Assembly: GCA_949286465.1 (NCBI GenBank)
Contig: CASECI010000003.1
Span: 1 to 63,054 of the forward strand
Direction: 5' to 3'
Length of the DNA: 63,054 bases
Source of the DNA: an uncultured Alphaproteobacteria bacterium
GTDB lineage: Bacteria > Pseudomonadota > Alphaproteobacteria > CAAHEQ01 > UBA3637
Below, piece after piece: positions 29,168-39,024 of this stretch. The position numbers and the translations under genes were made by a program. Each line of letters begins with the position of its first letter. Position 1 is the first letter of the stretch. The notes beneath the pieces were generated by a model. It had not been told where the DNA came from. It saw only the letters and a list, made by a program, of their open reading frames with translations, and did not search any database.

Positions 29168-30154
29168 CTAGTTAGCTCCCTTTTTTAGCAGTTTTGTCAT
29201 TTGAGATATAAGAAAAAATACTCCAGTTATCCCAAGAGGGACAAAGTAATATAAAATTCTAAAGGTAATAAGAGCTGCTAAAATTCCTCCTTTTTCTTCT
29301 GGAGTGTGGACAAATAAATATAGGAAAGCACTTTCGAAGACGCCTAAGCCGCCTGGTACTTGAGTTGATATTCCTATTAATTGAGCTAAAACAAAAATTG
29401 TAAATACATGAATAATATTTGCATCTATATGATAACGTAATAAGGTATAGAAAACTAAAAATGCCGCTGTTATGTCTAAACTTCCAATGAGCATTTGCCA
29501 TAAACTTAAAGTAGGGGAAGGCGCGGCTACTTGAAGAGATTTAAAATGTATTTTCCTTTGAGGTAAAATAATATAAATCCAATAGAAAATCATTAAAAGA
29601 AACACAATAATTGCACTAGAGTAAAATACATGAAGATATGCTGTATTTGTGTTGAAATGAAAAATACTAGATAAAATTAATGATAAGTCAAAAACAAGAG
29701 CCATCCCAAGTAAATAGGTAATGCTTTCAAATGCAATCATTTTTAAAACATTTAACTCGGTCAGACCTAGTTTAGAGTAGAGCATATATCGTAGAGAACC
29801 TCCTGCTAAATAAGCATGGCCAGTCGTATTTGTAACGGAAAAACTAACCATAGCTATTCGAATAACTTTGAATAAGGGTAATTTTTTGCCAATATATTTC
29901 AAAGCAAGCAGGTCGTAGCCGGAAAAGGCAATATAGTCTAAACAAGTAAAAGTAAAAGCAAGACACAAAATCCATAGAGGTGTTTGAGAAATTAAATCTA
30001 ATAAATGAGACCATCCAATTTTTTGGATTTCATTATGTACAAGCCATAAAGCAAGCGCAAAAAATAAAAAGGCAAAAAATTGTATAAAAGAATCAACCCA
30101 CTTTTTCATCATGTAGAAAAAATGAGTATTCAAAAAAGATATTTCAAGAAGCAA
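29168..30154 (-). CDS. Polytopic membrane protein, possibly UPF0104 / lysyl-PG-synthase-TM-like (flippase-like)
   Basis: 328 aa with about 8 TM helices. The family assignment is only a general resemblance. The start is uncertain, with several Met residues near the N-terminus. Confidence 0.4.
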   Translation of the reverse strand: MLLEISFLNTHFFYMMKKWVDSFIQFFAFLFFALALWLVHNEIQKIGWSHLLDLISQTPLWILCLAFTFTCLDYIAFSGYDLLALKYIGKKLPLFKVIRIAMVSFSVTNTTGHAYLAGGSLRYMLYSKLGLTELNVLKMIAFESITYLLGMALVFDLSLILSSIFHFNTNTAYLHVFYSSAIIVFLLMIFYWIYIILPQRKIHFKSLQVAAPSPTLSLWQMLIGSLDITAAFLVFYTLLRYHIDANIIHVFTIFVLAQLIGISTQVPGGLGVFESAFLYLFVHTPEEKGGILAALITFRILYYFVPLGITGVFFLISQMTKLLKKGAN

Positions 30155-30209
30155 CTTGAAAAAACATAGAAATGTATGTTATAAAAAACTACTTTTATGG
30201 AGGTACATA

Positions 30210-30605
30210 ATGAAAAGATTTTTAATCGTTTTAATAAGTTGTATTTTTTTAACAAGTAGCTCATCTTTAAATGAGTTGGAGGGAACGACTGATTTACCTG
30301 TTAATTATAAAACAAGAATCTCTGTTAAAGATTATAAAATCAAAGGAAGTGTTCGAGGCGAATACTCAAGAACATGCATTTTGATGGGTTTGATTTGTTC
30401 TGGTGGTGTATACATCTATGATGATTTGATTCAGAAAGCCCAGAAAATGGGAGGTAATTCTGTTGTTAATATGGTTGTTGATAGTGAGACATCCTCTCCT
30501 TTATGGTATTTTTTATTTTCTAAGCATACCTATAGAGCAAATGGTTTAGCTATAGAAATTACGAAGACGGATACAAAAGCTCGAGAATTATATCTAGACG
30601 ATTAA
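30210..30605 (+). CDS. Lipoprotein with a YbjQ/UPF0145-like domain
   Basis: ATG 30210 follows GGAGG. MKRFLIVLISC is lipobox-like. KAQKMGGNSVVNMVVD resembles the YbjQ family. Confidence 0.5.
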   Translation: MKRFLIVLISCIFLTSSSSLNELEGTTDLPVNYKTRISVKDYKIKGSVRGEYSRTCILMGLICSGGVYIYDDLIQKAQKMGGNSVVNMVVDSETSSPLWYFLFSKHTYRANGLAIEITKTDTKARELYLDD

Positions 30606-30676
30606 AGAAAACATCACATGAAGCTTGTTTTTTTAAAAAAAACTTACTATTTCATTGAACATGAAAGGAGAAAAAA

Positions 30677-31852
30677 ATGTCAGTACAAGAAGTTGTAGAG
30701 AATGTATATGCAGTTGGTTCAAAGGATCCTCGTCGTCCTTTATTTGATCAACTTATGCCATTAGAAGAAGGAACAAGTTATAATTCTTATTTAATTAAAG
30801 GGAAAGAAAAGATAGCTTTGATAGATACAGTCTATCCTCCTTTTGAGCAAGAAATAGAAGAAAGATTAAGAGAACTTAATATAGACCACATTGATTACAT
30901 TATAGCTAATCACGGGGAACAGGATCATTCTGGAGCATTACCTGGTTTATTAAGAAAATATCCGATGGCGAAAATTGTGACAAATCAAAAGTGTAAAGAT
31001 ATTACAATTGGTTTTTTACCGTTGAAAGAAGATGACTACATTATTGTTGGAGAAGGGGATACTCTTGACTTGGGCGGAAAAACCTTAGAATTTATGATGA
31101 TGCCATGGGTTCATTGGCCTGATACAATGTTTACTTATTTAAAAGAAGACGGTATTTTATTTACAACTGATTTCTTTGGGGCTCATGCGACCAATTTTGA
31201 TTTGTTTTGGGATGATGATCCGAGCCTCGTTCCATTGGCAAAAGCATATTATGCAGAGATTATGCAGCCGTTTGCTCGTATTTTCCAAAAATATATTCCT
31301 CGAGTTGAAGCGTTAAATCCTAAAATGATTGCGTCATCTCATGGGCCTATTTATAGAAAGCCTTCTTTTATTTTGAATCTTTATAAGGAATGGACATCTT
31401 CTGATAAGAAAAATCAAACGATTATCGTGGGCGTTTCTATGTATGGTTCTACGGATCAGATGGTTGATTATCTAACAGAACGTCTAACCGAGAAAGGAAT
31501 CAAAGTTAAGTACTATGATGCAGTTCATTTAAATGCTACAGGTTTGGCTAGCGACCTAATAGATAGCATGGGATTGATTGTTGCAACGCCTACTGTCTTA
31601 ACAGGGCCTCATCCAGCGGTGGTCATGCCGATCTTTTTAACAAATATACTCAAACCAACATTAAAATATGTAGGACTTATCGGATCTTATAGTTGGGGAA
31701 CATTAGTTGAAAAGCAGGTTGGAGAAATGTTAAGTAATATGAGGGATACGACAATTCTTCCTGCTGTATTAGCTAAGGGGACGCCAAAAGATGCAGATAA
31801 AAAGGCACTAGATGAATTGGCTGAAAAAATAAAAGAAATTCATTCTGTATAA
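30677..31852 (+). CDS. Flavodiiron protein (FprA-type O2/NO reductase: metallo-beta-lactamase-like domain plus flavodoxin-like domain)
   Basis: 391 aa. ANHGEQDHSG is the H-x-E-x-D-H diiron motif, and there is a C-terminal flavodoxin-like SMYGST. No rubredoxin extension is present. Confidence 0.8.
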   Translation: MSVQEVVENVYAVGSKDPRRPLFDQLMPLEEGTSYNSYLIKGKEKIALIDTVYPPFEQEIEERLRELNIDHIDYIIANHGEQDHSGALPGLLRKYPMAKIVTNQKCKDITIGFLPLKEDDYIIVGEGDTLDLGGKTLEFMMMPWVHWPDTMFTYLKEDGILFTTDFFGAHATNFDLFWDDDPSLVPLAKAYYAEIMQPFARIFQKYIPRVEALNPKMIASSHGPIYRKPSFILNLYKEWTSSDKKNQTIIVGVSMYGSTDQMVDYLTERLTEKGIKVKYYDAVHLNATGLASDLIDSMGLIVATPTVLTGPHPAVVMPIFLTNILKPTLKYVGLIGSYSWGTLVEKQVGEMLSNMRDTTILPAVLAKGTPKDADKKALDELAEKIKEIHSV

Positions 31853-31860
31853 CAAAAAAA

Positions 31861-31889
31861 GAGCCCTCTGATAGAGGGTTCTTTTTTTT
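31861..31889 (+). terminator. Rho-independent terminator after the flavodiiron gene
   Basis: GAGCCCTC, a 5-nt loop, then GAGGGTTC (one G-U pair), followed by T8. Confidence 0.8.
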
Positions 31890-31934
31890 ATAAATGGCTA
31901 TAAATATAAAAATAAGAAAATAGTTTTTTTAATT

Positions 31935-32909
31935 TTATTTATAGTATTTAAGATAAACAGCCCAAGTGCTAGAGATGATATTCTCTAAAGAGCTATGTGT
32001 AGGCGTCCAATTTAATATGGTCTTTGCTTTATGAGCTGATGCTGTAATGATTGCCGGATCGCCTGCTCGACGAGGAGCATATTGATAAGGAATAGGTCTT
32101 TGAATAACTTTTTCAGTTTCTTTAACCATTTCTAAGACACTTAATCCTTTTTCTGTCCCAAGATTTAAAGATAAACTTTCTTTTTGCTCTTTGAGGTGCT
32201 GAAGAGCCTTTACATGAGCATCCGCTAAATCTGTAACATGAATATAATCACGAATACAAGTTCCATCAGGTGTATCATAATCGTTTCCATAAATATTGAG
32301 ACTTTCCCGTTTCCCAACAGCAACTTCCATAATGATGGGGAGTAGGTTTTGTGGATTTTGTTCTAATCCTCTAATGGCTCCTGTTTCATCGTATCCGACA
32401 GCATTAAAGTAACGTAATGCTATGTAATTAAGTCCTTTTAACTCATGATACCATTTTAAGAAACGTTCTGTTTCGAGTTTTGTAAAGCCATAAAAGCTCA
32501 TAGGATTTAATGGGTGAGCTTCATCAATTGGAAGATATTGAGGTGTTCCATACACAGCAGCCGAAGAGGAAAAAACAATATTTTTAACCCCTGTTTCTAA
32601 CATTGTATTTAATACATTAAGCATACCGGATATGTTATTTTGAGAATAGAGAGCTGGGTTTTCCATAGACTCACCAACAGCTTTTTTGGCCGCTAGTAAA
32701 ATAACCGCATCAACATCTTGTCGCATTGCATTAAGGAGAGAGGATTTATCTAGGATGTCTCCTTCTATGAATTGGGCCTTAGAAAATAAATTGACTTTTT
32801 GTCCAGTGGATAAATTATCAAAAACAGTTACTTTTTCATTTTTTTGTAATAAGGCATGGACAACATGACTACCAATGTAGCCTGCTCCGCCAATAACAAG
32901 TATATGCAT
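31935..32909 (-). CDS. galE: UDP-glucose 4-epimerase
   Basis: 324 aa. Contains GGAGYIGSH and YGFTK (YxxxK). Overall it looks like a GalE-type extended SDR. Confidence 0.88.
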   Translation of the reverse strand: MHILVIGGAGYIGSHVVHALLQKNEKVTVFDNLSTGQKVNLFSKAQFIEGDILDKSSLLNAMRQDVDAVILLAAKKAVGESMENPALYSQNNISGMLNVLNTMLETGVKNIVFSSSAAVYGTPQYLPIDEAHPLNPMSFYGFTKLETERFLKWYHELKGLNYIALRYFNAVGYDETGAIRGLEQNPQNLLPIIMEVAVGKRESLNIYGNDYDTPDGTCIRDYIHVTDLADAHVKALQHLKEQKESLSLNLGTEKGLSVLEMVKETEKVIQRPIPYQYAPRRAGDPAIITASAHKAKTILNWTPTHSSLENIISSTWAVYLKYYK

Positions 32910-33016
32910 TGAATTTCTCCCTTTTTGTTTGCTCTATTTTAACAGAATCTATTAAAAAGGCTATACTTTTTTAAAAGTATTTTGTATCCTTGTAAAGGTT
33001 TTTAAGAAGAAGAAAA

Positions 33017-33712
33017 ATGTATGCAATAAAAAAATGGGATATTAATCCAGATTTATTGAAAATTTATGCTCTTGTTGCGATGACAATAGATCATATGGCC
33101 GAGTATTGGGCAATTCCTGGTGCGGTATATGAAAGAATGTTTATAGGAAGGACGGCTTTTCCTATTTTTGCTTTTTTACTCATGTATCATTTACATAAGT
33201 ATCAGATTTATGAAAAGTATGTAAACCGACTTTTATTTTTTGGAATCATATCTCTTTTTGTTATTTTTCCATTTACTCAAGAATACAAATTGAATATTTT
33301 ATTTACATTTTTATTTCCTGTTTTAACATTGTGGGGATTTGAGCAAATTCGCCAAGAGAAAATGAATCGAATAATAGGTTCTATTTTTTCAGGGATGATA
33401 GTTTTATTTATGGCATTTTTTTCAATATTTTCTTCGTATTCAGTTTTCGGATATGGTTATCTTTTGCTTTTTTATTTATACTTTACTCGGTCCTCGTGGT
33501 GGGGAACCATACTTTTACTTATTTTCGGGTATTTGATTAATTGGAATGATAATGTAATTTTTGGTTTTATGAGTATGTTAACAACATTACTTTTATTAAA
33601 TGTTAATATGTCTCAAACATATCCGCGATTGCTAAAGAAATGGTGGATATTTTACGTTTATTTTCCGCTGCATTTATTATTTATTTTATCAATACGATAT
33701 TTTCTGGGGTAA
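33017..33712 (+). CDS. TraX family membrane protein (putative acyltransferase)
   Basis: 231 aa and polytopic. The N-terminal LKIYALVAMTIDHM is like the TraX signature. Confidence 0.6.
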   Translation: MYAIKKWDINPDLLKIYALVAMTIDHMAEYWAIPGAVYERMFIGRTAFPIFAFLLMYHLHKYQIYEKYVNRLLFFGIISLFVIFPFTQEYKLNILFTFLFPVLTLWGFEQIRQEKMNRIIGSIFSGMIVLFMAFFSIFSSYSVFGYGYLLLFYLYFTRSSWWGTILLLIFGYLINWNDNVIFGFMSMLTTLLLLNVNMSQTYPRLLKKWWIFYVYFPLHLLFILSIRYFLG

Positions 33713-33778
33713 TAAAAACAAATTGCGATAGTGCATTAAAAGTGATATGTAAAGAAGATGAAATAAAGGAGAAAGAAT

Positions 33779-34387
33779 ATGCTTTTGTTGGCTCTAGATA
33801 CATCAGAAAATATGGTTTCATTAGCTCTTTTAGATGAAGATCGAGTATGGAGCTATTTGCAAGAAGATATGGAAAGAGGACATGCAGAAAGACTAATGCC
33901 AATGATTGCTCAATTATTGGATAGTGCAAAGATAACCTTTAAGGAAATAGATGGAATAGCTGTTACTGTTGGTCCGGGTTCATTTACAGGGGTAAGAGTC
34001 GGACTAGCTGCGGCAAGAGCCTTTGGATTAGCGTTAAAAATACCTGTCTATGGGGTGACATGTTTTGAAGGAGCCATTTTTGGTGTTCATAAACCAGCAG
34101 CGGTTGTTTTAGACACTAAACGAGAAGATTATTATGTTCAGTTTTTTGATGCTGAAGGGAAGGCTCAGACACAAGCAGCCATTATGTCGACAGATGAATT
34201 AAGAAGTAAGCTTCCTTTTACGGCTATTGGTTCCGGGGCGTTGCGATTAAGCCAGGAAATCGGTTGCCCAATTATACAAAAAATTTCACCGGTTGCTGTT
34301 TCTGTTGGTAAAGTTGCATTATCTCGCTTAGATGCTCCTTTGTTGGCAGAGCCCCTTTATTTAAGAGAAGCTGATGTTACAGTTTGA
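33779..34387 (+). CDS. tsaB: tRNA t6A37 biosynthesis protein TsaB
   Basis: 202 aa. MLLLALDTS and VTVGPGSFTGVRVGLA motifs are present, and rimI follows. Confidence 0.88.
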   Translation: MLLLALDTSENMVSLALLDEDRVWSYLQEDMERGHAERLMPMIAQLLDSAKITFKEIDGIAVTVGPGSFTGVRVGLAAARAFGLALKIPVYGVTCFEGAIFGVHKPAAVVLDTKREDYYVQFFDAEGKAQTQAAIMSTDELRSKLPFTAIGSGALRLSQEIGCPIIQKISPVAVSVGKVALSRLDAPLLAEPLYLREADVTV

Positions 34388-34802
34388 TTTTGTGGCGAAA
34401 GCTTATGTGCCTTTACTGACTGCTCTTCATGCCCAATCTTTTGATAGTCCGTGGACAAATAAGGCCTTTGATGATATCTTATCTCTTCCGACAACTGTTG
34501 GCTTCGTGAATGAAGCGGGGTTTATTTTGTGTTCAGTTGTTTTAGAGGAAGCAGAAATTTTAACTTTGTGCGTCCATCCGCAGCAACGGAGAAAAGGGAT
34601 TGCAACAGCCTTACTGCAAAGGATGGAAACTTATTTAAAAGAAAAAGGAGTTAAAGAATTTTTCTTAGATGTTCGTTCTTCTAACAAAGCAGCCTTACAG
34701 TTATATCATCATAATGGATTTGTTCAAATTAGTCTCCGCAAGGGATATTACAAAACGCCTTTGGGACAAGAAGATGCATTAATTTTGAAAAAAGAATTGT
34801 AA
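34374..34802 (+). CDS. rimI: Ribosomal protein S18 alanine N-acetyltransferase (GNAT)
   Basis: 142 aa. VHPQQRRKGIATALL is the GNAT motif A. It overlaps the tsaB 3' end by 14 nt. Confidence 0.8.
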   Translation: MLQFDFVAKAYVPLLTALHAQSFDSPWTNKAFDDILSLPTTVGFVNEAGFILCSVVLEEAEILTLCVHPQQRRKGIATALLQRMETYLKEKGVKEFFLDVRSSNKAALQLYHHNGFVQISLRKGYYKTPLGQEDALILKKEL

Positions 34803-34875
34803 GTTTTCTGTTGCAGAAAAGCAGAAATCTGATATGCTGTTGGACACATGTAAATGATTAAAAGGGATAAAAAAT

Positions 34876-36768
34876 ATGATTATATTCTTCCGTAAATTGA
34901 GTGAGAGTTGGCCGGCAAAGATTTTATTGGCAATCCTAGCCATTAGTATGATGTCTGTATTTGGATTGGGTGGAATGACAAGTCTGTGGGGAAAACAAGA
35001 TGTTGTTATTAAAGTTGGTTCAAATGTGGTCCGTTCTCAGGATTTAAACAATGCTTTTAATCAAGAGCTTAGTCGTGCGCGTGCTATGATGCCTGGTCGG
35101 TATTTGTCTCCAGCAGAAGCAATCCAAATGGGACTTTTAAATAGTACGGTTCAAAAAGAAGTTTCTAATCGGTTGAAATGGATCATGACGGAAGATATGG
35201 AAACGATTGCATCGAATGATTCTGTTCGTAATTATATCATCAATAATGAAGCTTTCCAAACAATGATGGGACAGTTTGATAGAGCTTTATTTGATGCTTA
35301 TTTACGTCAGCTTAATTTAAGTGAGGCAGCTTTTACGTCTAATCTAAAACAAGAACTTGCACAAAAACACGTTTTTGATGCGATCCAAGCTATTGTTGCA
35401 ACGCCTTCTTTGCTAACAAAGAAAATGTATGCATATGAAAATGAAGCGCGAGATATGTCGGTTATTCTTATTGGTCCAGAATCAGTGAAGATTAATGAAA
35501 AACCAACTCAAGAAGATTTGAAAGATTATTATGATGCGATGCAAGATGATTTATATGCACCTGAATATCGGACTTTATCAGTTGTACGGATAACACCTGA
35601 GACGGTTGCGGATAGTATTATTATTTCAGACGAAGAACTTCAATCTCTTTTTGAGGAAAATAAAGAGTCTATGTCTACTCCAGAGCGTCGATTAGTTTCT
35701 CAAATTTTAGTTCAAGACGAAAAACAAGCTCAAGAACTCATGAAAGACTTGACAGTTCAAAATTTTGCTGAAACAGCTGCAAAGATAGGACAAACAGACG
35801 AAGATATAGATTTAGGCTGGTTAACAAAAGATAGTGTTTTGGCAGAGCTTTCAGTGCCTATGTTTGAAGCATCGAAAAATAGTCTTGTCGGACCAATAGA
35901 AAGTCCTGTTGGGTATCATATTTTATGGATTAAGGACGTTGATCCAGCAAAGACCGTTCAATTGGCGGATGTAAAAGATGAATTGATAAAGAAAGCCAAA
36001 GCAGAAAAAACATATGATTTAATGTATGAAAAGAGCAAAGAGTTTGATACAAGAATAGGTGCTGGTGAAACATTAGAAGTTGTTGCAAATGCCCTTCAAT
36101 TACCTATAGAGAAAGATGTTGTTACAGATGTATCTGGCTTCGACAAATCAGGGAAAAATAGTTCTTTAAATAATCCAGAAGCAGTTCAAGTCGCATTTAC
36201 ATTACCTGAAAATGAAGTAAGTGCTTTAGTTGATGAAGGGGATGGTTATTTAGCTGTTCGAGTAGATCAAATTGAACCAAGTAAATTAAAATCTTTTGAA
36301 GATGTTAAAGATGTATTAGTTGCAGAATGGACAAAAGATAAACAGAAGAAACAAGTACAAGGTTATGCACAGGATTTATTTGAACGTGTTCAAAAAGGAG
36401 ATTCTTTTAAAACTGTGGCTCTCTTTGGTGGGTTAAAAGTTCAGGATTTAAAAGAGATTAAACGTGGCGATTTGCAAACTTTACCAGCTCCGATAGGCGA
36501 GGAGTTATTTAAGGCAGAACCTAACAAACCATTGTTACTGCCGTTAGATGAAGGGTTCGTTTTATCGAAAGTCGAAAAAGTAAATATGCCAGATGCTTCA
36601 TCGGATGAAATTGGTCTTAAGACAGTGGAACAAGACTTGAATAATGCGATTACAAGCGGATTAATAGAAGAGACTTTATTATATTATTCTAATAGAGAGG
36701 GTGTGACAGTTAATACACCGTTGATAGAACAAACATTTTCAGTTTATATGAGACCTGAAAATAACTAA
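34876..36768 (+). CDS. ppiD: PpiD-like periplasmic chaperone / peptidyl-prolyl isomerase
   Basis: 630 aa with an N-terminal TM anchor, SurA-like N-terminal region and one parvulin domain (GPIESPVGYHILWI). Confidence 0.7.
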   Translation: MIIFFRKLSESWPAKILLAILAISMMSVFGLGGMTSLWGKQDVVIKVGSNVVRSQDLNNAFNQELSRARAMMPGRYLSPAEAIQMGLLNSTVQKEVSNRLKWIMTEDMETIASNDSVRNYIINNEAFQTMMGQFDRALFDAYLRQLNLSEAAFTSNLKQELAQKHVFDAIQAIVATPSLLTKKMYAYENEARDMSVILIGPESVKINEKPTQEDLKDYYDAMQDDLYAPEYRTLSVVRITPETVADSIIISDEELQSLFEENKESMSTPERRLVSQILVQDEKQAQELMKDLTVQNFAETAAKIGQTDEDIDLGWLTKDSVLAELSVPMFEASKNSLVGPIESPVGYHILWIKDVDPAKTVQLADVKDELIKKAKAEKTYDLMYEKSKEFDTRIGAGETLEVVANALQLPIEKDVVTDVSGFDKSGKNSSLNNPEAVQVAFTLPENEVSALVDEGDGYLAVRVDQIEPSKLKSFEDVKDVLVAEWTKDKQKKQVQGYAQDLFERVQKGDSFKTVALFGGLKVQDLKEIKRGDLQTLPAPIGEELFKAEPNKPLLLPLDEGFVLSKVEKVNMPDASSDEIGLKTVEQDLNNAITSGLIEETLLYYSNREGVTVNTPLIEQTFSVYMRPENN

Positions 36769-36774
36769 ATAATA

Positions 36775-36804
36775 AGCTCCTTTTTTCAAGGAGCTTTTAT
36801 TTTA
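36775..36804 (+). terminator. Rho-independent terminator after the ppiD-like gene
   Basis: AGCTCCTT-TTTTC-AAGGAGCT followed by TTTTATTTT. Confidence 0.7.
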
Positions 36805-36855
36805 ATCCTTGTTTTTTATAAGAGGAAGGTACTATCTTATAAAAAGGAGATAACG

Positions 36856-39024
36856 ATGGGACAAGAACATAATCTACCAACAATGGAAGAACTGACAGAT
36901 TTTTTAAATAAACAATCTGGAGAAGTGAATAAAAGAGAAATTGCTCGTCATTTTAAAATTAAAGGAGATGATAGAGCCTATCTAAAACATTTATTAAGTG
37001 AAATAGAACATCAAGGTTTAATTATTCGTAAGGGTAAATCTTTTACAACGAAGGGACATTTGCCGGAAAGGATTTCTGTCGAAATAACCGGTATTGATAA
37101 TGATGGTGAATTAGTTGGACGTCCAGTTGTCTGGAATGAAGAGGGTAATCCTCCTCAGATATTAATAAGCTCAAAAGGGAAATTAAAACCTGCTCCAACG
37201 GTTGGAGATGTTGTGATTGCTCGTGTTAAACCTCTGCATACACATTTGTATGAAGGAGAAGCGTTAAGACATGTTACCAGTGCTCCAAATCAGATGGTCG
37301 GCGTTTTTTATGAAGGGAAAATCGTATCTGTCGACCGTCGTTTTAAAGAAGCTTTTGAATTAGATTCCTCTTTCCCAGAGTTAAAACCAAATGATTTGGT
37401 TATTGTTGAGATTCCAGAGGTAATAAAGCGTCGTCCTGTTGCTCATTTTATTAAGAAAATTGGTAAGTCAACGGATGCCCATGCAGCAAGCCTCATTTCA
37501 ATATTTGCACATCATTTACCGGTGGCATTTTCTGTTCAGGGCTTAAAGCAAGCACGAGCAGCTCAGCTACCGGAATTAGGGAAAAGAGTAGACTTAAGAG
37601 AACTTTCTTTTGTTACGGTTGATGGTTCAGATGCACGTGATTTTGATGATGCGGTTTATGCAGAGTCAGATACAAATCCAAAGAATAAAGGAGGGTGGCA
37701 TATTTATGTAGCCATAGCTGATGTTGCTTACTTTGTTCGTTTTGGAACGGCTCTTGATAGTGATGCTTTTGAACGAGGAAACTCAACTTATTTTCCAGAT
37801 CGTGTTCTTCCAATGCTTCCAGAGGAGTTATCGAATGGTTTATGTTCTTTAAATCCGAATGAAGATCGTCCTGCAATGGTTGCAGAAATTTGGATTGATA
37901 AAGAAGGACATAAACTGAAGCATCATTTTATTCGAGCAATGATACGTTCAAAAGCGAGGTTGACTTATGATGCTGTTGAAGCAGACTTTAATGGTATTGA
38001 ACGAATTAAAGGATTAGAGGAACGTATAGATGCATTGAAAGGAGCTTATGAATCTCTTTTGAAAGCACGTCAAAGACGAGGTGTTTTGGAATTAGATGTT
38101 CCTGAATTGCAAGTTGTTTTGAATGATAAAGGACAAGTTATAAATATTAAGCAAAGGGAACGTTTTGCTAGTCATAAGATGATAGAAGAATTGATGATTT
38201 TAGCAAATGTAGCCGCCGCCCAGACATTAGAAGATTTACAATTACCAACGATGTATCGTATTCATGACAAACCTTCTGTGGAAAAAATGGAAGACTTGAA
38301 TGCTTATTTATCTGCACAAGGATTAAAGCAACATATTAAAACAAATCCAACGCCGGATGATTTTAATCAAGTTTTAAATGATACAAAACAACATTCAAAT
38401 TCTTATAGCATAAATGAAATGGTCCTAAGAAGCCAATCTCAAGCGGAATATAGTCCTGAAAATATAGGGCATTTTGGGTTAGCTTTAGATAAATATGCTC
38501 ATTTTACGTCTCCTATTCGTCGTTATGCCGATATATTGATACATCGTGCTTTAATTAAAGGACTGAAACTGGGGGAGGGAGGCCTAGCTGATGAAGAAGT
38601 AAAAGCTTTTCCTAAGATAGCAGAGCATATTTCTGCTACAGAACGTCAGTCAGCAGCAGCAGAACAAGATGCAGTTGATAGATATGTTGCATCTTATTTA
38701 GCAGATAGAGTAGGTGAAAAGTTCACAGCTCGAATTTCTTCTGTGACGGCATTCGGGTTATTTGTCAAATTAGATTCTTATAACGCTGATGGGTTAATAC
38801 CAATTTCTTCATTGCCAGATGATTATTATGTTTACGATGATCGCCAAAAACAATTAAAAGGTCGTTCTACAAAAAGAACTTATGCCATCGGACAGAATGT
38901 AGATGTTGTCTTAAAAGAAGCAGTTCCTTTAACGGGCGGGTTATTATTTCATGTTTTACAAAATGGGAAAATGGTAAAGCCTCATTCTTCTGTGAAGAAA
39001 AATAAAAGAAGACATTCTCATTAA
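36856..39024 (+). CDS. rnr: Ribonuclease R
   Basis: 722 aa with an RNB domain (VDGSDARDFDDAV, HFGLA...YAHFTSPIRRYAD), a C-terminal S1 domain and a basic tail. Confidence 0.93.
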   Translation: MGQEHNLPTMEELTDFLNKQSGEVNKREIARHFKIKGDDRAYLKHLLSEIEHQGLIIRKGKSFTTKGHLPERISVEITGIDNDGELVGRPVVWNEEGNPPQILISSKGKLKPAPTVGDVVIARVKPLHTHLYEGEALRHVTSAPNQMVGVFYEGKIVSVDRRFKEAFELDSSFPELKPNDLVIVEIPEVIKRRPVAHFIKKIGKSTDAHAASLISIFAHHLPVAFSVQGLKQARAAQLPELGKRVDLRELSFVTVDGSDARDFDDAVYAESDTNPKNKGGWHIYVAIADVAYFVRFGTALDSDAFERGNSTYFPDRVLPMLPEELSNGLCSLNPNEDRPAMVAEIWIDKEGHKLKHHFIRAMIRSKARLTYDAVEADFNGIERIKGLEERIDALKGAYESLLKARQRRGVLELDVPELQVVLNDKGQVINIKQRERFASHKMIEELMILANVAAAQTLEDLQLPTMYRIHDKPSVEKMEDLNAYLSAQGLKQHIKTNPTPDDFNQVLNDTKQHSNSYSINEMVLRSQSQAEYSPENIGHFGLALDKYAHFTSPIRRYADILIHRALIKGLKLGEGGLADEEVKAFPKIAEHISATERQSAAAEQDAVDRYVASYLADRVGEKFTARISSVTAFGLFVKLDSYNADGLIPISSLPDDYYVYDDRQKQLKGRSTKRTYAIGQNVDVVLKEAVPLTGGLLFHVLQNGKMVKPHSSVKKNKRRHSH

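Noticed and set aside
39021-39024. RNase R and the rsmB-like gene share a palindromic TTAA as convergent stop codons. Several other 1-19-nt overlaps occur (53914, 54831, 57384-57387, 40064-40082).
   Set aside because: Short overlaps are normal in compact genomes. I could not support any regulatory inference from them.
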